Positions 40,782 through 54,592 of a stretch of DNA of 64,000 nt are shown in pieces. Below the pieces are notes generated by a model, which was not told where the DNA came from, did not search any database, and saw only the letters and a list, made by a program, of their open reading frames with translations. Source of the DNA: Eledone cirrhosa (Eukaryota); NCBI GenBank assembly GCA_964016885.1, contig OZ024759.1, forward strand, positions 9,424,001-9,488,000, in the 5' to 3' direction. Both the position numbers and the translations under genes were made by a program. Each line of letters starts with the position of its first letter. The first letter of the stretch is position 1.

Positions 40782-41006
40782 AACGAAAAATAAGAAAATT
40801 ATAGTAATTAGCTTACTTACTTAAATTTCACTCCAACTAATTAGTTTCTGAAAGGGAATATGAGAATGACTCCCTGATGACGAAAAGGTTTCTCCATGAT
40901 CTCCATTTGGAGACTATGTATATTCCCTTTCAGAAACTAATTAGTTGGAGTGAAATTTAAGTAAGTAAGCTAATTACTATAATTTTCTTATTTTACGTTT
41001 TTCATA
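40775..41006. repeat. Inverted repeat, 86-bp arms, 60-bp spacer
   Basis: 40775-40860 is the reverse complement of 40921-41006 with one mismatch seen. Confidence 0.92.
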
Positions 41007-41077
41007 TAACTGTTCTGCATCCCCTTGCATTGAACCACAAAGTTACTAAGACAAAACCTATATATTTGCTTGCATAG

Positions 41078-41332
<255 letters not shown>

Positions 41333-41371
41333 TAATACTTTAATTTCTTCTTTTATTCTATTATTTGTTTC

Positions 41372-41690
41372 AGGGTCGGACGCCATGCTTTCCAGCATAG
41401 TTACGTCCCTTTACGATCTGAGTTCAAATCCCGCCGAGGTTGACTTTGCCTTTCATCCTTACGGGGTCGATAAAATAAAGTACCAGTAATGCACTGGGTA
41501 ATTGCTGGCCTTGTGCCAAAAAGTAGAAACAATTATTATTATTTCCAGCATAGTTATGTCCCTTTACAATCTGAGTTCAAATCCCGCTGAGGTTGACTTT
41601 GCCTTTCATCCTTACGGGGGTCGATAAAATAAAGTACCAGTAATGCACTGGGTAATTGCTGGCCTTGTGCCTACAGTATAAACAATTATT
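41372..41690 (+). mobile_element. Two tandem truncated SINE family 2 copies
   Basis: Repeated B box, central domain and tail. Confidence 0.85.
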
Positions 41691-42260
41691 TGTTTCAATG
41701 TCGAGTCATTAGACTGCAGTCACACCAGAAAATGTCTTCCAGTGTTTATTCTGGTGCTGGATTGGCAGAATTGGTAGTCTAAAAGTGTAAAGTCTCAAGA
41801 TGGGAGACTTATAACAGTTTCCATGGTGTCAAGAGACTGAAAAGTACCAGTAATGCACTGGGTAATTGCTGGCCTTGTGCCTACAGTATAAACAATTATT
41901 TGTTTCAGTGTCGAGTCATTAGACTGCAGCCACACCAGAAAATGTCTTCCAGTGTTTATTCTGGTGCTGGATTGGCAGAATTGGTAGTCTAAAAGTGTAA
42001 AGTCACAAGATGGGAGACTTATCACAGTTTCCATGGTGTCAAGAGACTGAAAAGTACCAGTAATGCACTGGGTAATTGCTGGCCTTGCGCCTAAAGTAGA
42101 AACAATTATTTGTTTCAGTGTCGAGTCATTAGACTGCAGCCACACCAGAAAATGTCTTCCAGTGTTTATTCTGGTGCTGGATTGGCAGAATTGGTAGTCT
42201 AAAAGTGTAAAGTCACAAGATGGGAGACTTATCACAGTTTCCATGATGTCAAGAGACTGA
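41631..42260. repeat. 210-bp tandem triplication (SINE tail plus flank)
   Basis: AAAGTACCAG restarts at 41631, 41841 and 42051. Confidence 0.92.
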
Positions 42261-42648
42261 GAGAATGCCAGTCCATTGTAGATTTAAAGTCTGAAAGGGA
42301 GAGGTTCATCAAGCCAGTGGTTTCCATAGTGTTCAATAATTGAGAGTACAGTATCCCCCTTGGACAGGAAGCCAGTTTATCGCAGAGTTAAGTTCTCTCT
42401 CAAACCCAGGGGCTCATCATGCTGGTTTCCATGGCATTAAGTGACCAACAGTACAAAACTCCTGCCACTCTAAACAGGACACCAGTCAATTGCTAGTTTA
42501 AACCCCTCAGTTATTACTGGTACTCATTCTCAGCTGAGTATACTGGAGCAACATGAAATGAAGTGTTTTGCTTAAGACACAACACACAATCCAGTCCAGA
42601 AATCAAGGTTAGCTCTGCCTTTCATCCTTACGGGGGTTGATAAAATAA

Positions 42649-43260
<612 letters not shown>

Positions 43261-43429
43261 ACTTGGTAGACTATCGTATTGAGTCATACAGAGTCAACTT
43301 GGTAGACTCTATCAATAAAGCTACTTTGAAGCTGTTTCTAAACAAAAATAGAAGCTAACTTGCATTCAAAACTCATAATAATGTTGAAACCTGATCTGTT
43401 GTAGTTTAATTGTTTATATTGGTGAAAGA

Positions 43430-44460
43430 GGAGGGCTGTGAGCGCCTGAAGATATTTAAGCTTCCAAGCGCTTCCCCTCGGTCTCTGCTTGATGCAGGAC
43501 TGCAGCTCCGTTAAGGATACGAGTTGCTCTACCTTTCAGGGACAGCTTTCTCTCAGCCCATTTCTGGGTGAGATTGGCCACCCTATTCATCCCAGTTCAT
43601 CCCAGTTTTTGTCCATCTGGAGGTCCAGACCAAACCAGACCTTGAACAATTTAACCAGTCTGTCTGTCCAGCGTCCGATGACACTGTTGGATGGCATGGA
43701 CCTGCCTCTCCAGGTGTTGAGTTGCAGGCTTACTGACTTTTCATGGTTAATTTTTGGTCCTGTTACCACCTGGTATTCTCTCAGAGCAGTATCAATCACC
43801 TCAATATGTTTGGTGCTCAACACTGCATTGGTGATGTCATCAGCATAAGCTGACACAGATCTTCCATGTCCTAGTTCACACAGGATGCCCCCTCAATGTC
43901 TCTAATTTGTGTAGTAGTGGTTCGAGAGTCAATACATACAACAGGGACAAGACAGGACAGCCTTGGCAGACTGAGCACATGATGCTGAACAGTTCTGGGA
44001 GGTGACAGTTCACTCTAACCACAGAGCAGATGTTGCTGTGTAGAGCAGCGACCCACCCTCTAAATACATGCCCATTTGAGGACCACCACCAGGTACCAAT
44101 GGTCAACCCTATCAAATGCTTTCAATTGTTCAACGTTTATCAGTGCCCCACCCTTTCCAGATTCTTTTGCCACCCTCTCTATGATGAATCGCATGAGATG
44201 GAGGTTGTTGTGGATGGATCTCTTGGGAATGGCACATATCTGTGCCTCCCCTGCCAGACCACTGACGACAAGCACCAATCTCATTGCTAACACCTTGGCC
44301 AAAAGTTTGAATTCTATTTTAGTAAAATTAGCTATAAAATCCCCTTTGTTCAGGACCTTTCTCAGTAGTGCCACCACTCCATGGCTCACAGAACTGGGAA
44401 TTCACCCGTTCTGCTGTCAATTGCAGTAGACATCTGCAAAGATGTCACTAAACAAGTCTG
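43430..44460 (-). mobile_element. Degenerate Tx1/L1-clade reverse transcriptase fragment
   Basis: GVVALLRK..KGD, KAFDRVDH, SVCQGCP..LLYVLTLEPLL and SAYADDIT across frameshifted ORFs. Confidence 0.85.
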
Positions 44461-44909
44461 GCATCATCATCATCATCATCACCGTTTTTTACGTCCGTTC
44501 TTCCACGCTAGCATGGGTTAGACGGTAATCATTTTACGTCCACTTTTCCCTGCTTGTAAGGGTGGGACGGGAACGGATTCTGGGGGTTAAATCCACGTTA
44601 AGGTTCATTGCTCGCAAAAATAGCTGGTTTTGATTTTGCAGCAGGTCAAGGGAGGTAACTCTGGCCGGTGTTAGGGCAGTCTTTCCCAGACAAATTTTTT
44701 TATCCACTACGAGATGAGGTTACAACCTTACCATTGTCGATACGCATGTAATCAACGCTTATTTTGAGAGTTTTTTTTTTTGCCGCATCTGTTTGTCTGA
44801 GTCGTTTCAGGCTGGGTCTGGTATGCAAGGATAGTTTACTGGGTGTTATTTTGCAGCGCCTGCCCGCCGGGGTGTTAAGACTTGTTGCAGGGAGATCCGG
44901 TGCACGGTT

Positions 44910-45830
44910 TCACTCCTCATCCTTAACCCATCTGAAGAAGGATATTTTTAAGCGATGTGTACAACTTATTGCTGTTTCAGCTCTGCTGTTGATGAGCTCG
45001 TGGGGTGCAGTTATGATGTGGTAGAGCTTCATGAGGCAAAGATCGCATTTCCTCTTGAAGTTGTACGGTGCAGCCCTGTCGACAATATCCCTGTGCGTGG
45101 AGAAGCTGATGTTTAAGTCCTTTAGTGATGTGATGTAGTCCGCGAGCGAAGTGGAGTGTCTTAGTTTTCTATTTGTGAAAGAGTGGAGATGTGTTCGAAA
45201 CCTAATTTTGAACGGGCCGGAGGTGGCCCCTATATAATGTTTAACGCTATTGTGGCTGGTAATAGTGCATCTATATATAACCCTATCAGTCAAGCAGTAT
45301 CCTGTAAGGGGGCAGCGTCCTCTGTCGCGGTTCCGTCTATTTCCCACGGTAAGGCTATCATTGTTGCTGCCTACGTTGTTACCTACACTACTGCAGTTGT
45401 CGTTAGCACCATTACAACCCACAGCACGCGGGGTGGTGCGATTGTTATTCCGCACGTCATGTCCTGCATGTTCCCCAGTCATTTCACGGTTATGCTGGTT
45501 GCGTCTGTGGATGCCGTTGCCAACACTATTGGATGCTGCCAGGGAGTTGTTAAGGCCGATATAGTTATTGTCAGGTGTAGGTGCGTCTGTGTCGAGGTAC
45601 TGTGTCTTGGTGATCTTACTGTGGTTCATTGTTCCTATGATGTCTGCTAGGTTAGGAGGAGTAGAGAAGGATATTTTTATATTGTTCCTATTAAGAATTT
45701 TTCTATACCTATGGTTGGGCGGGAAGTTCTTCTCTAAGGCTTCAAAGAACATCCGGGGTATGTTGGAGGCCACACTCCGAGAGTAGGGGGGGGGGACCAT
45801 AGGACGTTACGGTGGCGATTACGTGTCCTT
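44910..45830 (-). mobile_element. Penelope-like element fragment: RT C-terminus, linker and GIY-YIG endonuclease
   Basis: PPYS..V..NI...F...L.KNFP..H...KILNRNNIKISFS; CPLTGYCL..VIY...HYIGAT...FK.R...H..SF; CDLCL; LINSR.E. Confidence 0.88.
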
Positions 45831-46060
45831 GTACGTTTGCTATGGGTGGTTCCATCTAGGTGACCACTCTTATGTGTGTTAGTGCGCAGTTGCCCATTCG
45901 GTGCCCCTTTCATTTTATGCTCGGGTGCACTCTTCCTACCTCTTCCATGTTTATGTACAGGAAGATGTTGGTTGGAAGGCGTTGGTAGTAGGCCGTCGCC
46001 TTTGTTGGTTTTGTAAAAAACTCTTTTCGAGCAATGTAAGGAATACTTTTGATTATTTAT

Positions 46061-46100
46061 GCCCTTGAGAAGCCCAACTGGGTGAAACGTACGTAGGTGC
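46061..46100 (+). ncRNA. Minimal hammerhead motif (U3-A8 variant) in an inverted pLTR next to the Penelope-like ORF
   Basis: CC-UUGAGAA-GCCCA(AC)UGGGU-GAA-ACGUACGU-A^GG; AATAAA at 46108; stem I is short. Confidence 0.7.
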
Positions 46101-46560
46101 TGTTTTAAATAAACATGTTTTAACAGTCTATTCTCCGATTTCTTACTTTCCCACGTGCTTACGCTCTGCTAACTCTCTAGCCCACTAAATATTAACACTT
46201 CGAATATTTAATACTGCCGGCACTAGTATCGAGCACCTTTGGCATACGCTACTTGGCAAATAACTATATGTATCACCTATCCCCTTTTTTTTCTCTCTCT
46301 CGATACGTAAATACTGTATATATATATATATATATATATATATTGGTTGATATGGGCCTATGTGTGAATGTGTGCCTGTATATAGGTGGATGTGCAATTG
46401 TGTGTGGGTGTGTGCATCTGTACATTTTTTGGCATTTATACAGAATTTCTTATGTAAAAAAAGTAACTCTGCCTATGGTTCTAAGACCATTTTAATATAT
46501 AACATTCACTTGAGTGCCATTGTGAATTAACATCATATGGCATGTGGTAAGGAATATCTA

Positions 46561-46690
46561 AGCACCCAGCACTCACTGTAAGTGAGGTTGGTGTTAGGAA
46601 GGGCATCCAGCTGTAGAAATCAAGCCAGAATCAGTTCCCGTCCCACCCTTGCAAGCAGGGAAAAGTGGACGTAAAATGATGATGATGATC
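46561..46690 (+). mobile_element. SINE family 1 3' fragment, short tail
   Basis: Homology to the 3' half of the 3069 copy. Confidence 0.8.
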
Positions 46691-46884
46691 ACTGCATTTT
46701 TTTTTAAATGTAAACAAAACTTGTGTTCGAAAAGATGAATTTGTATTTATAAAATGGTTGATTCCAATGAGTTCCATAAGGATGAAACAATTGTAAATTG
46801 AATTATGATATAAATAGTGTTTGGTAACATATTTTAATGTGTATATATATACACGCACGCACGCACGCACGCACGCACACACAC

Positions 46885-47076
46885 ATGAGGTGATGCTGAA
46901 AATTTCCTGGTTCAGTTAATTATGATTTTATTCAACATATTACTTTCTCAGATTCACACACTTGTTTCAACAGTCCTTCAGTTTTTCTAAACCCTGTAAA
47001 AAGAACTTGGAAATTTGGGCCTCCAACCTGGCCTCTGTAGCAGTCATCAAGCCAGGAACTTTTCAGCACCTCTCAT
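46885..47076. mobile_element. Tc1/mariner-type MITE
   Basis: Imperfect ~26-bp TIRs ATGAGGTGATGCTGAAAATTTCCTGG / CCAGGAACTTTTCAGCACCTCTCAT. Confidence 0.65.
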
Positions 47077-47286
47077 TTATACATATATATGAAAAGATTC
47101 AGGACCCCGACGGCTGAGTTCCAGCTGTTTCAACAGCTCCCTCTCTCTATATATATATATACACACACACACACGCACACATACATATATACACATACCT
47201 AAACATTTGAATTAACAAACCTGTTTTTTAGAGATTTTCTGCTAAGTCATTGCAGGATATTAAGAGTTGTTTGTCTTCTGTTGCAG

Positions 47287-47362
47287 ATCAAGTTGGTTAT
47301 GGTGTACCTGCTGCTTGTCAGGTCGACAGTACACTATAGGCTTTCTACGCTTCTGTAAACAG
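47287..47362 (+). CDS. TMEM184B: TMEM184B-like coding exon 4
   Basis: SSWLWCTCCLSGRQYTIGFLRFCKQ; ttgcag/gtaaag; 76 nt. Confidence 0.95.
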
Positions 47363-47636
47363 GTAAAGCATTCTTTAATCAATTCTTCATTTCCTCATCA
47401 TTCCATAGTTACTTTGTTTCATTTGTCTTTTCATTGCTTCTCTTCTTCCTTCCAGTCAGATGTTTGTTGGAAAAAGTTTAATGACACAAAAGTGACATCA
47501 ATTACATTGTTAAAAACTAGTTCTGGTGTGTGTCTTAAAGATAAACATTTTGTTAAAGAACAAAGGAGGCCCCCCAGAGGCCCTGTTTGAGAAAGGTACC
47601 AAGGAGCCCTGTTTTTGAAAAAGGCAACCTGTTTGA

Positions 47637-47816
<180 letters not shown>

Positions 47817-47857
47817 TAAGTTTTCTTTTTGTCTATCTATCTATCTATCTATCTATC

Positions 47858-48632
47858 CTTTTCAACAATTGATTCCCTTCTTTAAGTATCACTTTAGAAG
47901 GAGAATCAGGGTGGAGAGAGAGGCACTGCACCCCAGTAAATTTACTGAAAGGTGGGTGAATGAAGCGAAAATGGCCCGAGTGATTGGGCCTTCTCTGTTT
48001 ATAAGCCTGTAGGTTGAGGAAGAGAGCAAAAGGAAGAAAGGAGCACTTGCACAACACGCTCCTGGAGTTGAGGGTTGTTCTATCGATGGGGTATTAAACA
48101 ACCCATTTGTGGCGCCTCCCCCCTATTGGGGATTTCGATTGTTGAAATTGTTTTTATATTTTTTACACGACTGTATGTAAAATCCCCGGCATGTCTTTGT
48201 ATTGTCCCCTTTTCTCGTTGCGCCCTTGTGGTTAATAAAGAAATCTATCTAGCCTTTTTTTCAAATACCACTTTAGAAGAAGAATCAGGATGGAGAGAGA
48301 GGTGCTGTACCCCAGCAAGTTTTATGAAAGGTGGGTGAAAGTGGTGAGAATGGCCCGAGTTAATGGGCCTTCTCTCTATATCAGCCTGTAGGTTGAGGAA
48401 AAAGAGGAAGAGAGGAAAGGGGTACAAACTCTTCGTACTCCTGGAGATGAGGGTTGCACATTTTTTTTCGGGGGTATGTGCTACCTATATATAATGTCTC
48501 CCCCTATTGGGGAAAAATCGATTAACTTTTAAATTGTATTTGTGATAGTATTTTACACGTTTTTATTGTATGTAAACTTCCCCCTTTGTATTTGTCCCCT
48601 TCTTTTGTGCCCCTGTGGCTAATAAAGAAACA
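47858..48632 (+). mobile_element. Two tandem 5'-truncated LINE 3' ends (Tx1-like) within (TCTA)n
   Basis: ORF end FFKYHFRRRIRVERE...F.ERW, shared 3' UTR ending TAATAAAGAAA, TCTA repeats at every junction. Confidence 0.7.
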
Positions 48633-48649
48633 TATCTATCTATCTATCC

Positions 48650-48701
48650 CCTTTGAAAAGGTTTTCTGAACACACAAGCCGAAACCGGTGCCATGGTCAG
48701 G
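48650..48701 (+). ncRNA. Type I hammerhead motif (U3-A8 variant) with looped stem III and GUC site
   Basis: CCU-UUGAAAA-GGUUU(loop)AAGCC-GAA-ACC(GGUGCCAU)GGU-C^AGG; stem I only 3 bp. Confidence 0.6.
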
Positions 48702-49064
48702 ATTATACCTTCCTCTATACCCACACCTCCCCATGTATTGAGTACTCCCATAATTTGTAGTCTCTTCAGACTCAGCACTGAAGACTCTCTCTCTCTCTCT
48801 CTCCCTCCCACGTTGCTATAAGCCATGATGGCTACCTATTATGACTCTCTCTCTCCCTCTCTCTACAAAAGTCATCTATCCCTTACCCATTACCTCCCTT
48901 CTCTCTTCCATTCATTCTTCATTCATTTTGAGGTTTCTACAAAGTCAGACACACTTGATTTCTGAAAGGCTAAAATGGATTACTAAAACTCCCAAACTAT
49001 ATTCCAGACATCCTTACATTTCCTGGTATCTCTCTTCCCCAATTGCAAATGTTCCGCTCACATT

Positions 49065-49480
49065 ATTTCATCCTCATGGGCTCGATGAAATAAAGTACCA
49101 GTAATGCACTGGGTAATTGCTGGCCTTGTGCCAAAAGTAGAAACAATTATTATTTTTAGAGTTACGGCCCTTGCCATTCTGAGTTCAAATCCCGTCGAGG
49201 TTAACTTTGCCTTTCATCCTTACGGGGTCGATAAAATAAAGTACCAGTAATATACTGGGTAATTGCTGGCCTTGTGCCTAACGTAGAAACAATTATTATT
49301 TTTACAAAGAGTTATGGCCCTTTCCATTCCGAGTTCAAATCTCGCCGAGGTTAACTTTGCCTTTCATCCTTACGGGGTTGATAAAATAAAGTACCAGTAA
49401 TGCACTGGGGTAATTGCTGGCCTTGTGCCTAACGTAGAAACAACTATTATTTTTACTTTTGGCACAAGGCCAGCAAATTA
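49065..49480 (+). mobile_element. Tandem truncated SINE family 2 copies
   Basis: Three head-to-tail 3' halves plus an inverted tail. Confidence 0.85.
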
Positions 49481-49499
49481 CCCCCCATTACAATATGCC

Positions 49500-49731
49500 C
49501 CCACACCCTCCCACTGCAAGGTGGTCGTGGAGGTGCCACGGGAAAAAAGCACCCAGCACTCACTGTAAATGAGGTTGGTGTTAGGAAGGGCATCCAGCTG
49601 TAGAAATCAAGCCAGAATCGGTTCCCGTATGAACAAGATAAGGTCAGCCAACGGGACACTGCCCACAACAGGACAACCTGTCTAACCCATGCTAGCATGG
49701 AAGGACGGACGTAAAACGGTGATGATGATGA
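49500..49731 (+). mobile_element. Truncated SINE family 1, long tail
   Basis: Homology to the 9406 and 21893 copies. Confidence 0.8.
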
Positions 49732-49912
49732 TATATACACACACACCCTGTAAATTGTTAGTGTTTGTACCACAATAAAATGCACCCAGTCCACTCTGTA
49801 TTGCTGGTTTCACGAAGCGTTGGCATTAGGAAGGGAATCCCGCCATAGAAACCCTACCAAATATTGAATATAATGAGCTAAATTTGTCACTGTGACGCAT
49901 CTTTTCTCAGAC

Positions 49913-50333
49913 TGTGACAACCCGTTCAGCTCTTCATCTTCGTCTTTACACTCGCTTACATATAATCCCACACTACAGAGTGCACTAGGTGCACTTTATT
50001 ATACTATAACAATATACTGGTGTGTATGAATATAACATGAGACGTGGTTTGTGTGTATAATATTTAATCAACAATTTGTGGATATATAGAACAGTATAGT
50101 TGACATGTCAATGAATAGATGAAAGAATGAAGCAAAGTTATTAGTTACCGTTTCGGTTGCCAGGCGAACGCGCCTGGCCGCAGACGCCTGGCGAAGGCCA
50201 GGAGCCGGAAAGGCAAATGAGAGATAGGGAGCTCAAAGTTGTTCCCTTTATAGGGTCTGACCGGAAGTTACAGAAAGGGTTCTATTTCCTATCTAGAGAG
50301 CGTTAATCTATTGGGGATGTGAGTGTCGCAACA
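49913..50333 (-). mobile_element. Probable solo LTR
   Basis: Minus strand TGTTGCGAC...GTTGTCACA termini, TATAAAG at about 50252, ATTAAA at about 50068; no TSD recognised. Confidence 0.5.
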
Positions 50334-50743
50334 AGGGAGGCAACTCCTGCTACACCACCGTCACCTCTAGGAAGGTTGTCATATCCTTCCTATCACCAAC
50401 CACTTTACACAGTGTACTGGATGTATTATATCATGTAAATCTCCAGCTCTAGGAAGTTTGTCTTTAATCAGTCTTCTCTGTCCTTTGTCAAGCAAGTTTT
50501 CTATGGCTGTTTGCCCTATCACCAACCACTTGTATGTGGACCATCTATATCACCAACACTAGAGATGTTGTTGTTCCTCACAACAGAAGAATTCTTCACC
50601 ATTTTTGTCATAGTTTCTAAAGCTGGATGCCCTTCCTATCACCAACCTTCTTACAGGGTGTACTGAATATGTTTTTCATGTCACCAACACTAGAGATGCT
50701 GCTATGCCCTTGACATAACTCAACAATCTTTTTCACCATATAT

Positions 50744-51141
50744 GGAGGCACATGGCTTAGTGGTTAGAGCATTGGCCTTGCAATCGAAAGGTTGTGAATT
50801 CAATTCTCAGACCGGGTGATGTGTTGTTTCCTTGAGCAAGACACTTTATTTCACATTGCTCCAGTTTACTCAGCTGTAGAAATGAGATGATAGGGACTGG
50901 GGTCCCTATCATTCCACTGCAAAGTGGTCGTGGAGGTGCCACAGCAAAAAAAGCACCCAGCACTCACTGTAAATGAGGTTGGTGTTAGGAAGGGCATCCA
51001 GCTGTAGAAATCAAGCCAGAATCAGTTCCCGTATGAGCAAGACAAGGTCAGCCGACCGGACACTGCCCCCAACAGGGCAACTCGTCTAACCCATGCTAGC
51101 ATGGAAGAACGGACGTAAAACGGTGATGATGATGATGATGA
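50744..51141 (+). mobile_element. SINE family 1, long tail
   Basis: Full head, core and tail; ends about 50 nt before exon 6. Confidence 0.9.
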
Positions 51142-51158
51142 TTGGTATCCCAATGTAA

Positions 51159-51446
<288 letters not shown>

Positions 51447-51997
51447 TAGTATCAGCAGTCAAAACGACAACTGGAAACATTGTTTCCTTAGTCTACTCTG
51501 ACAACCGGTTCCTTTCTTCTGTCAGAAGTTGTGATCAACAGACAGTATCAGTAATGGAAAGAGAAACGGAAACATTGTTTTCTTTGTCTCATTTTCAGCC
51601 TTTGTAATAGCACGCAACCCAGGTGATAGGGTGTTGCACAATCACAATGTAATAGGCTAGATTCCTGTGCGTCTTGAGCAAGTCACTTCACTTCACATAG
51701 CTCCAATCAACTCAGCTGAAAATGAGTACCAACAGTAGTATATCCTATTAGGGGCAACCCTGTCATGGACTAGTGTCTCATCCAGGAGAGGATCTTTCAC
51801 AGTTACTTAACACCAATGAAACTGGGTAGTCTGATGATTCTCTGAGGCTTGAGAGAGACTTTAACCCTGTAATGGACTAGTGTCCTCTCCAGGGGAGTGT
51901 CTTCCACTCACACTCACTTAACACCAATTAAACTAGAATAAACTTTATTTCTGTCTGACTTTGAACAATTTAATTTTACTCTTATCATAAATGGATT

Positions 51998-52190
51998 ATG
52001 TACTAGTTAGTTATGTACTAGTTAGTTATGTACTATTTATGTACTAATTATGTACTAGTTAGTTATGTACTAGTTAGTTATATACTAGTTAGTTATGTAC
52101 TAGTTAGTTATGTACTAGTTAGTTATGTACTAGTTAGTTATATACTAGTTAGTTATATACTAGTTAGTTATGTACTAGTAATTAGTTATT
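51998..52190. repeat. 15-bp minisatellite (TACTAGTTAGTTATG)
   Basis: Direct periodicity. Confidence 0.9.
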
Positions 52191-52336
52191 TACTATAACT
52201 TTAATGTCTAGGGTTAGTAAAATATTATTTTCTTCATTTAGAAGAAAAAATAATAAAAATAATAAAACAAAACACCACAAAACCTTAAAAAAGCAGCTAA
52301 AAATGATTCAGTTTCTCTTTTGTCGACCATTTCTAG

Positions 52337-52860
52337 GAGTTTTCCTGGCTGTCTTTGAAAAGGCTGATTTGATCAGTCCGATCTTCTCCGAAGACGGAAT
52401 CCTTAAAGCAGGAGTGGGCACTGTGTCAGCCGGTTGGCAGAACTTTTTCATTTGTATTGAGATGGTATTTGCTGCCATAGCGCTGCGCTTTGCATTCCCA
52501 CACATGATCTACAGTTCCGGCCCCACATCAACTCATGGCCGCACAGTATCGCTACAGAGTATTTCCAGCAGCCTGAAGGACACGATGAATCCACGGGACA
52601 TTATGCAGGACGCCATACACAACTTTCACCCCCAGTATCAGCAGTATACCCAGCAAGGAATGAAGATCCCCCACGATGAGGAAGGTACTGAGCCTGGATG
52701 GCCTTATGACCAGCAGTACCCCTACCAACAGCAGCAGGCCCCTTATCCAAATGGAGCCATCCCTACTTCAAGACCCCTGCCACCAACTGGAGCAACTCCG
52801 AACAAGATGAAGTTCAATGAAAAAACTACACTTTTGAGCTCAGACGATGAATTTCAGTGA
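52337..52860 (+). CDS. TMEM184B: TMEM184B-like coding exon 7 (terminal)
   Basis: GVFLAVFEK...QNFFICIEM...SISSSLKDTMNPRDIMQDAIHNFHPQYQQYTQQ...EKTTLLSSDDEFQ*; exons sum to 1575 nt = 524 aa plus stop. Confidence 0.96.
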
Positions 52861-53519
52861 TTGCAAAGCAACTGACCTGACAACCTAACATTTCAAACCA
52901 ACATTTCATGAGAAACCAACCAAACTGTCGCCATTGGAAACGGTTTGTTGTTTTTACTGGGGTTGTACCTTAGAGTTTCTTTGTTTGTTTGTTTTTTTTC
53001 TTTTTTTTTTCTCTCTTCAGTAACTTTGGAATCAGTGAAGTCCCAAACGTGAGCGATACAGATGTGGAAATAAATTTACCAAAAATTGTTACAAAAATTT
53101 GACAAAAAAAAAAAAAATCAAAAAATAAAAGGAAAAAAGCCAATGGTGCAAAAATTCGACAGAAAAATTTGATAAAATAAATTTGACAAATTTAAAATGA
53201 GGTCTCAAAACAAAGAAGATAAAAAATGACCCAAATATTTTGTAGGGTGGGGTGCCTCTCCCCCACCACTCTTATTTGCTCCTTTCCCCAGCCCCTAACT
53301 TTTATGCTGCTGTTGCTGCTACAGTCAAATGTTGTTTTTTTTTCTGTTTTTTTTTTTCCTTTTTTATTCACATCTGAATTTAAATTTCCTTTTCTTCCTC
53401 CTTTTTATCAATTAACTTACTTTATGCAGTGTTCTGGGCCCAGAGGGACCTATATCTCATAAGGACCCCACAATTTATAATATATAGCTATGTACCCCTA
53501 GATACCTATATATATATAT

Positions 53520-54290
53520 ATCTACCCACCTACATATCTGTCTATGTCTACATACCCACATACATACACACTTACCTGCCCACCCACATACCCACATATA
53601 TACCCACATATATACCCACCCACATACATACCCACCCACATACTTACCCACCTACCTACCTACCCACCCACATAAACATACCACTTACATACCTACCCAC
53701 CTACATACATACCTACCCACCCCCATACCTACCCACCTACATACATACCTACCCACTTACATACCCACATACCCACCTACCTACATACTTACCCACCTAC
53801 ATACCCACCTACATACCTACCCACCTACATACTCACCCACCTACATAACCACCTACATACCCACCTACCTACATACCCACCTACATACCTACATACCTAC
53901 CCACCTACCTACATACCTACCCACCTACATACCCACCGACCTACATACCTACCCACACACATACCCACCGACCTACATACCTACCCACACACATACCCAC
54001 CTACCTACATACCTACCCACCTATATACCCACCCACTTACATACCCACCTACCTACCCACATACCTACCCACATACCTACCCACCTACATACCTACCCAC
54101 CTACATACCCACCCACTTACATACCCACCTACCTACCCACATACCTACCCACCTACATACCCACCTGCCTACATACCTACCCACTTACATACCTACCCCC
54201 TACATACCCACCTACATACCCACCGACCTACATACCTACCCACACACATACCCACCCACCTACATACCCACCCACCAACATACCCACCTA
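53520..54290. repeat. Compound CCTA/CATA/CCCA tetranucleotide tract
   Basis: Base composition. Confidence 0.9.
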
Positions 54291-54420
54291 TCTAAGTAGT
54301 TAGCTAGTTACTTGTTGATCTAACTTTCTTTTAAATTACCTACAAATCTGTGTCTGTCTACCTATCTACCTAACTACCCCTTTTCTTCTCCACCCTTGTG
54401 GCTAATAAAGAAATCTATCG

Positions 54421-54469
<49 letters not shown>

Positions 54470-54535
54470 ATCATCATCATCGTTTAACGTCCATCTTCCA
54501 TGCTAGGATGGGTTAGACGGTTTTGTTCCATTTGA

Positions 54536-54592
<57 letters not shown>

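Noticed and set aside
40861-40920. CTGATGA-C-GAAA in the spacer of the 86-bp inverted repeat as a hammerhead
   Set aside because: No stem II between the core halves and no consistent stem I or III; at most a decayed remnant
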